DNA from: Patescibacteria group bacterium
GTDB taxonomy: Bacteria; Patescibacteriota; Patescibacteriia; JAHIZJ01
Direction of reading: 5' to 3'
DNA: 64,000 nucleotides
NCBI GenBank assembly: GCA_028714495.1
Contig: JAQTMH010000001.1
Location: forward strand, 245,036 to 309,035
The position numbers and the translations under genes were made by a program. Below the pieces are notes generated by a model. The model did not search any database. It saw only the letters and a list, made by a program, of their open reading frames with translations, and was not told where the DNA came from. Shown piece by piece: positions 58,241-64,000 of this stretch (positions are counted from its first letter, which is position 1; every line of letters starts with the position of its first letter).

Positions 58241-59198
58241 GAGAATGATTTGGGAAACAATTAACCAAAAAATTCAGGCGGCTGGCAATATATTGATTCT
58301 TAATCCCAAGGATTCGGACGGCGACAGCCTTGGTTCAAGCTTGGCTTTGGCTCACTACCTCAAATCTTTGGAAAAACCGCATTTGGTTTTTGCCGCCAAG
58401 CCGCCCTCCTCGCAATTGGATTACCTGCCCGGCTTTGAAGAAATCTCTTCTGACCTTGGATCACTCGATCTTAACAGCTTTGATCTAGTTATCGCCGTGG
58501 ATTTTGCCGATTTAAAAATGCTGGGTTTCGCCCCTGAATTAATCGGAAAACTGCTAAAAAAGACGATTATCAACATTGATCATCATCCGACTAATTTCCG
58601 TTACGGCCAGATTAATGTCGTTGAGCCGACGGCTGCGGCTACTTCTGAATTGCTTTTTTACTTTTTTGAAGATTTGAATTTGCCTTACGACAAATTAATC
58701 GCCACCTGTCTTTTATCTGGAATAATCCACGACACCGGCAGTTTCGCCCATTTGAATACCACACCGTCGGTGATAGAGATTTCAGCCCGCTTGCTGGTCA
58801 AGGGCGCGCGCCTGAAAACTATCACCGCTTATGCTCAAAACAAGTCATTGCCCACATTAAAACTATGGGGCGTCGCTCTCTCCCGGCTGACACATAACCA
58901 GCGCTATGGCCTATCAACAACAGTCATCACCCAAAAAGACCTGGCTGGCCTGAACACCAACGGCGAGGCAACCGAAGGAATCGCCAACTTTTTAAATAAC
59001 CTGACCGAGGCTAAAGCAATCATGGTTTTAAAGGAGGATTCTGACGGCCGGATCAGAGGCAGCCTGAGGACTACCACCTCGGGCGTGGACGTCTCGCGCC
59101 TGGCAGCGCTCTTGGGCGGCGGCGGCCACAAAAAAGCCTCAGGTTTCAACCTCAGGGGCAAACTCATCCACACCGGCAGGTATTGGCAAATTGTCTAA
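58233..59198 (+). CDS. nrnA: DHH/DHHA1 oligoribonuclease/PAP phosphatase
   Basis: DGDSLGS, IDHH, DTGSF, GGGH. Confidence 0.88.
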   Translation: MVERMIWETINQKIQAAGNILILNPKDSDGDSLGSSLALAHYLKSLEKPHLVFAAKPPSSQLDYLPGFEEISSDLGSLDLNSFDLVIAVDFADLKMLGFAPELIGKLLKKTIINIDHHPTNFRYGQINVVEPTAAATSELLFYFFEDLNLPYDKLIATCLLSGIIHDTGSFAHLNTTPSVIEISARLLVKGARLKTITAYAQNKSLPTLKLWGVALSRLTHNQRYGLSTTVITQKDLAGLNTNGEATEGIANFLNNLTEAKAIMVLKEDSDGRIRGSLRTTTSGVDVSRLAALLGGGGHKKASGFNLRGKLIHTGRYWQIV

Positions 59199-59242
59199 TC
59201 TCTTCTATAATATCTATTACCAAACATTAACTTAAAAACCAT

Positions 59243-59821
59243 ATGTACTTAATACCCACTGTTATCGAAAAATCGTCTTTCGGCGAACGCGCCTATGACA
59301 TTTATTCCCGCTTGCTGAAAGAAAGGATTATTTTTCTCGGTTCACCCATTGACGATGGCGTGGCGAATACCGTCATTGCTCAATTTCTCTTTCTCGAAAG
59401 CGAAGACAAAAACAAAGAGATCAAACTGTATGTCAATACTCCGGGCGGCTCGGTTACGGCCGGCATGGCTATCTATGACACCATGCAATATGTGAAGCCG
59501 CCGGTTTCAACTATCTGCGTCGGCTTGGCTGGCAGCATGGGCGCGGTCTTGCTGTCTGCCGGCCAGAAAGGGAAGCGCTTTGCCTTGCCGAATTCCGAGA
59601 TTCTAATCCACCAAGTGATGGGCGGAGCCGAGGGGCAAGCCATTGACGTCGACATTCGGGCCCGGCACATCATTAAGATCAAGGACCGGCTGAATAAGAT
59701 TCTGGCTTTTCACACTGACCAGCCACTTAAGAAAATTGAGAAGGACACTGATCGCGATTATTTCATGTCCGCCGAGGAAGCCAGGCTCTATGGCATCATT
59801 GACCGGATTATCAAGAAATAG
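59243..59821 (+). CDS. clpP: ATP-dependent Clp protease proteolytic subunit
   Basis: [24 protein letters not shown]. Confidence 0.96.
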   Translation: MYLIPTVIEKSSFGERAYDIYSRLLKERIIFLGSPIDDGVANTVIAQFLFLESEDKNKEIKLYVNTPGGSVTAGMAIYDTMQYVKPPVSTICVGLAGSMGAVLLSAGQKGKRFALPNSEILIHQVMGGAEGQAIDVDIRARHIIKIKDRLNKILAFHTDQPLKKIEKDTDRDYFMSAEEARLYGIIDRIIKK

Positions 59822-59934
59822 GTCTAATCAACAATAATAATCCGTTTTTATTCTTGTCTAAATTTAGCCAATATGGTACGATGGCTAATGAATTTATAGT
59901 TCACTATCTAAACCGACCAATAACGTGATTCACT

Positions 59935-61461
59935 ATGTCAGTAACAACTTTGATCGTCTTGGTGGCAGCCGGTTTTGCGGTAGGCGGCTTACTTGGATTT
60001 CTGATTTACAAAATATTGATTTCCAAGCGGGCGGATTCGGCCGAAGCCAAGGCGCAGGAACTTATCAGGCAAGCTCAGAACAAACAAAAGGAAATACTCC
60101 TCTCGGCCAAGGACAAGGCGCTTAGAACCATTGAAGACGCCAAAAGAGAGGAAGGCCGCCGGCACGAGGAAGTCACTCACCTCCAGGAACGCCTGGAAAA
60201 ACGCGAGGGCATGTTCGATCAAAAGCTGATGGAACTTGAAAATCGTCAGCAGAAGCTCTATGAACGGGCTCAGCGCATCGAACACGTAAAAAAGGAAGTT
60301 GAAGGCATACGGGCTGAACAAGTCGCGCTTCTGGAAAAGGTTTCATCAATGAGCCGGGACGATGCCAAAAAATACCTCCTCGACCAAACCGAGAAACAGA
60401 TCAAGGACGATTTGGTCCAACGCATGAGAAAAATCAAGCAAGAGGGCCAGGAGGAAATTGAAAAAGAGGCGAAAAATCTTTTGAGTTTGGTTATCCAGCG
60501 CTGCGCTTCCTCCCACGCGGCTGAAACCACCACGACCACGGTGGCCCTGCCGTCAGATGAAATGAAAGGCCGGATTATCGGCCGCGAGGGTCGCAATATT
60601 CGAGTTATCGAGCAGCTGACCGGCGTTGAAATCGTGGTCGATGATACGCCGGAAGTCATCATTATTTCAGGCTTCAGCCCGATCCGCCGGCATCTGGCAA
60701 AACGGGCGCTCGAAAAGCTTATCCAGGACGGCCGGATTCATCCTTCACGCATTGAGGAGACGGTTGAAATAGCCAAAAAAGAATTAGCCAAGGATATCAA
60801 GGAAGCCGGCGAAGAAGCCGCCTATGAAGCTGGCGTAGCCGGTCTTGACCCGAAACTCGTCCAACTGCTCGGCCGGCTGAAATACCGGACCAGTTACGGC
60901 CAAAACGTTCTTAAACATTCGATTGAAGTCGGCCTCTTAGCCGGCATGCTGGCTGAAGAATTGAAAGCTAATGTCCCGGTTTGCAAAAAAGGCGGGCTAC
61001 TTCATGACATCGGCAAGGCTGTCGATCATGAAGTTCAGGGCGGCCACCCGCAAATCGGCTATGATATCATGAAAAAATTTCATCTGCCCGAAGAGGTTGC
61101 TTATTTGGCCGCCGCCCACCATGAAGACGCGCCCAAAACCCTAGAAGGCATTATTGTTAAAGTCGCCGATGCCATTTCCGGGGCCCGTTTCGGCGCCCGA
61201 AAAGACTCTTACGAGAATTATCTCCAGAGATTAAACGAGCTTGAAACTGTAGCCAATGGTTTCCCCGGCGTTGAAAAATCCTATGCCATCCAGGCCGGCC
61301 GCGAAGTCAGAATTTTCGTCAAGCCGGAGGAAATTGACGACCTCCAGGCCGAACGCCTGGCCCGAGATATCGCCAACCGGATTGAAGAAGAGCTCCGTTA
61401 TCCCGGTGAAATAAAAGTAAATCTCATCCGCGAAAAACGGGTGATCGAATATGCCCGTTAA
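59935..61461 (+). CDS. rny: Ribonuclease Y
   Basis: N-terminal TM, coiled coil, KH (GRIIGREGRNI), HD (LHDIGK). Confidence 0.96.
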   Translation: MSVTTLIVLVAAGFAVGGLLGFLIYKILISKRADSAEAKAQELIRQAQNKQKEILLSAKDKALRTIEDAKREEGRRHEEVTHLQERLEKREGMFDQKLMELENRQQKLYERAQRIEHVKKEVEGIRAEQVALLEKVSSMSRDDAKKYLLDQTEKQIKDDLVQRMRKIKQEGQEEIEKEAKNLLSLVIQRCASSHAAETTTTTVALPSDEMKGRIIGREGRNIRVIEQLTGVEIVVDDTPEVIIISGFSPIRRHLAKRALEKLIQDGRIHPSRIEETVEIAKKELAKDIKEAGEEAAYEAGVAGLDPKLVQLLGRLKYRTSYGQNVLKHSIEVGLLAGMLAEELKANVPVCKKGGLLHDIGKAVDHEVQGGHPQIGYDIMKKFHLPEEVAYLAAAHHEDAPKTLEGIIVKVADAISGARFGARKDSYENYLQRLNELETVANGFPGVEKSYAIQAGREVRIFVKPEEIDDLQAERLARDIANRIEEELRYPGEIKVNLIREKRVIEYAR

Positions 61462-62266
61462 ATCCCCGCTCACCTTTCTAATCTTCGGGGATGTGGTGGG
61501 CCGTCCCGGACGAACCGCCCTCTCAAAAATCGTACCCCGGCTCCGCGAGGAATTAAATCCTACGCTGGTTATCGCCAATGCTGAGAATCTGGCGCACGGC
61601 ACGGGAGTCACCAGAAAATCACTGGCCGAATGTCAGCAAGCGGGGATTGATTTCTTCACCTCGGGAAACCATATCTTCAGAAGAAAGGAGACAACCGAGC
61701 TGCTCACTGAAAGAGACTCCGTGCTCATCCGGCCGGCCAACTACCCGCCGAGTACTCCTGGTCAGGGAGCTAAACTTCTCACCCTTGGAACAAAAAAAGT
61801 TCTTATCATAAATCTGAACGGCCGGGTTTTTCTCAATGAAGACTTCGACTGCCCCTTCCGCAAACTGGATGAGATACTGAAAACCTACGAATCAGAAGAG
61901 CCCAACGCCATCCTCGTGGATTTCCACACTGAAGCCACTTCTGAAACCGTCGCTTTTGGCTGGTACGCCGACAGCCGCGTTTCCTTGGTTTTCGGCACGC
62001 ACACTCATGTTCCGACCGCTGATCAGAGAATCCTGCCTGGCGGCACCGGCTACATCACTGATGTCGGGATGGTCGGCGTAAGAGATTCAGTGCTGGGTGT
62101 TGATAAAGACGTGATTATCAGAAGATTTCTGACCCAGCAGCCTTTTAGCCACGACATCCCAGAGTCTGGCATTGTCCAAGTAAACGCCATCCTGGTAACC
62201 GTGAATCCTAAAACCATGAAAACAGAATCAATCGAACGTTTAGATCGCGAAGTATCCGTCGAATAA
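61451..62266 (+). CDS. ymdB: YmdB/TIGR00282 metallophosphoesterase
   Basis: GDVVG, NAEN, SGNH, DFH.EATSE, GTHTHV; follows rny. Confidence 0.92.
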   Translation: MPVKSPLTFLIFGDVVGRPGRTALSKIVPRLREELNPTLVIANAENLAHGTGVTRKSLAECQQAGIDFFTSGNHIFRRKETTELLTERDSVLIRPANYPPSTPGQGAKLLTLGTKKVLIINLNGRVFLNEDFDCPFRKLDEILKTYESEEPNAILVDFHTEATSETVAFGWYADSRVSLVFGTHTHVPTADQRILPGGTGYITDVGMVGVRDSVLGVDKDVIIRRFLTQQPFSHDIPESGIVQVNAILVTVNPKTMKTESIERLDREVSVE

Positions 62267-62303
62267 TTTTTTGAAAAATAATATACTAAAAAAGGAGGGT
62301 AAT

Positions 62304-62681
62304 ATGGAAAAATCAATGAGTAAAGCCGAATTAATGGAAAAAATCGGCGAACGCGCTCACGTTTCAAAAAAACAGGCCGAAGACGTGATGCAATCTTTTG
62401 AAGACATTGTCTATGAAACGCTTCGGTCTGGCGGTGAAGTCACGCTTACCGGCTTCGGTACGTTTCTGGCCAAAGAACGGCATTCGCGCATGGGCGTCAA
62501 TCCGCAAAAACCGACTGAGCGGATAAAAATCCCGGCCGTAACCGTGCCGAAATTCAAGGCCGGCAAAGCCCTGAAAGACGCCTTGAAGCAGGGTGGCGCG
62601 ACAGCCCCAGCTGAACCTGTCAGCCCGCCGCCAGCTGAACCAACGCCTCCAGTCGAACCAACACCCCCGCCCGCTTCTTAA
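62304..62681 (+). CDS. hup: HU family DNA-binding protein with Pro-rich tail
   Basis: LTGFGTF, G.NPQ, VPKFKAGKALKD. Confidence 0.92.
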   Translation: MEKSMSKAELMEKIGERAHVSKKQAEDVMQSFEDIVYETLRSGGEVTLTGFGTFLAKERHSRMGVNPQKPTERIKIPAVTVPKFKAGKALKDALKQGGATAPAEPVSPPPAEPTPPVEPTPPPAS

Positions 62682-62800
62682 AAGAAGGCCTTTTATCACT
62701 TGGGAAAAGAAGTGTCCATCCTGCCCATTTTCCTGACTGAAATTGATCGGGTGTTTCTTGCCTTTTTCATGATTGTTTATTATTCTAACGAATACTTCAT

Positions 62801-62873
62801 GCGCCCGTAGTTCAATGGATAGAATGCTTGGCTTCGGACCAAGAGGTTGGGGGTTCGAGTCCCTCCGGGCGCA
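62801..62873 (+). tRNA. tRNA-Arg(TCG)
   Basis: Cloverleaf, anticodon TCG; no CCA here, but a CCA-bearing copy of the 3' end lies at 63038-63052. Confidence 0.92.
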
Positions 62874-63052
62874 CTTTAGAAACCACAATGCATCTTGAAT
62901 AAGTAAGCTTGTGTTTGATATAGAGTGGACTCGAAGGGCACCCTGCACCATGACGGTGCAGGGTAGAGCTAGAATCCGCGCCCCACACTCGATTCTGAAC
63001 CTGAGTGTAGCGACTGGTTCAGAGAGTGGTGCGGTGGCCTCCGGGCGCACCA
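62874..63052 (+). mobile_element. Small palindrome-rich element at the tRNA-Arg 3' end
   Basis: Direct repeat CCTCCGGGCGCAC (62862-62874 and 63038-63050); internal hairpins. Confidence 0.55.
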
Positions 63053-63134
63053 TTGATACTAGTTCGAATCAATTCACAAAGTGGTAAAGTAGTTTTACCT
63101 GCTTTTTTATATAAAAGGGACTCCGAGCAGATGC

Positions 63135-63926
63135 TTACGGAGTCCTTAACTTTCCACTTTGGTCGGATTCGTGCCTTTCAATTAGACACTGCAGCGCGAA
63201 TTGAGCAGTCGAGATTTCGAGGTCACCTGGCTGGCGGGTAGTCAGATATCTCTGAAGCAAGTGATTGGTTTGTCTGGTTATAGGCAGTTTGCCCCAATCG
63301 ACTAGCTTGTCAATCCAGAGAACACACTCCATGCCGATCAGGGAGACTATCACCTGATCGATTTTCAACTGACTGGCGATTGACATTGCGGCGAAATCAG
63401 CCATGATCAACGGCAGAATCAAGCGCCCGCCGCAACGATCATTAATTCGGCTCTCTCGACTAATATTCTCGACTTCAGTGGTACCAGTGCGCTCGTAGGC
63501 GGCGATGGCCATGTGCTCGGCTGCGTGATATGAAGCAATGTAGCGACGCAGTATGTAGATGAAATAAACCAGGGCACCAACCGTCAATATCCAAAACTCG
63601 GCGATTTGCCAGTCGCTCATTAGTCGAGGCTGGGGCGTGGGGTGCATGATACGACTAATGTAGCCACAAGCCAGACCAATCACTATACCGGCCGCACAAA
63701 CCAGCATGCCTTTGGGAGGCATGCCATCCAGCAACAAAAGGCATAGACGAACCAACCTGGGAATCGGCCACCGGTCCAAACGTGCCAGCAGGCTCGATAT
63801 TCTCCGTGGCTTAACATCACAAGTTATCTTCCCATTTCTGTCTACCACGGCCGTGGCTGCGTATTTCACAGACATTATACTGATACGGTAAGGCCCTGAC
63901 ATGCCTCCGACGATTTTCACCTTCAT
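63135..63926 (-). CDS. DUF1385-like membrane protein
   Basis: GG.S, YHAAEH, RCGG, LQRYLTTRQP. Confidence 0.75.
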   Translation of the reverse strand: MKVKIVGGMSGPYRISIMSVKYAATAVVDRNGKITCDVKPRRISSLLARLDRWPIPRLVRLCLLLLDGMPPKGMLVCAAGIVIGLACGYISRIMHPTPQPRLMSDWQIAEFWILTVGALVYFIYILRRYIASYHAAEHMAIAAYERTGTTEVENISRESRINDRCGGRLILPLIMADFAAMSIASQLKIDQVIVSLIGMECVLWIDKLVDWGKLPITRQTNHLLQRYLTTRQPGDLEISTAQFALQCLIERHESDQSGKLRTP

Positions 63927-64000
63927 GATATTCCTCCAAAGAGAGAACCTCTAAATCTTGGTCTGCCAACTCGTTTGGCTGACAGACTCGAATCCGATCT

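Overview
Chromosomal window from a small-genome bacterium, most likely Patescibacteria/CPR. This is inferred from gene content, compact proteins and the types of intergenic palindrome; TGA is used as a stop codon. Housekeeping genes (ribH/ribE/riboflavin kinase, folC, nfo, tig, hppA, nusA, rnhB, fbaB, gdhA, trxA) lie mostly on the minus strand up to about 53.4 kb. From there infB-rbfA-nrnA-clpP-rny-ymdB-hup lie on the plus strand, and three parS-like palindromes sit at the switch. Three features are unusual. (1) A ~10 kb co-oriented cassette-like array (812-11027, minus strand) holds short, mostly secreted or membrane ORFans and non-coding structured modules. Its spacers share one recurring design: GC hairpin, then a TCCGAR...YTCAGA fold-back, then a boxA-like motif. 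It includes a triplicated ~140-nt structured RNA with covariation and a tRNA-like element. (2) Four tRNA-Ala(CGC)-type sequences are nested inside one another by inverted repeats (52389-52803). (3) A family of short palindromes interrupts or brackets tRNA genes, and one cluster lies beside a stand-alone GIY-YIG nuclease. All protein calls come from reading motifs by eye; no database searches or folding programs were run.
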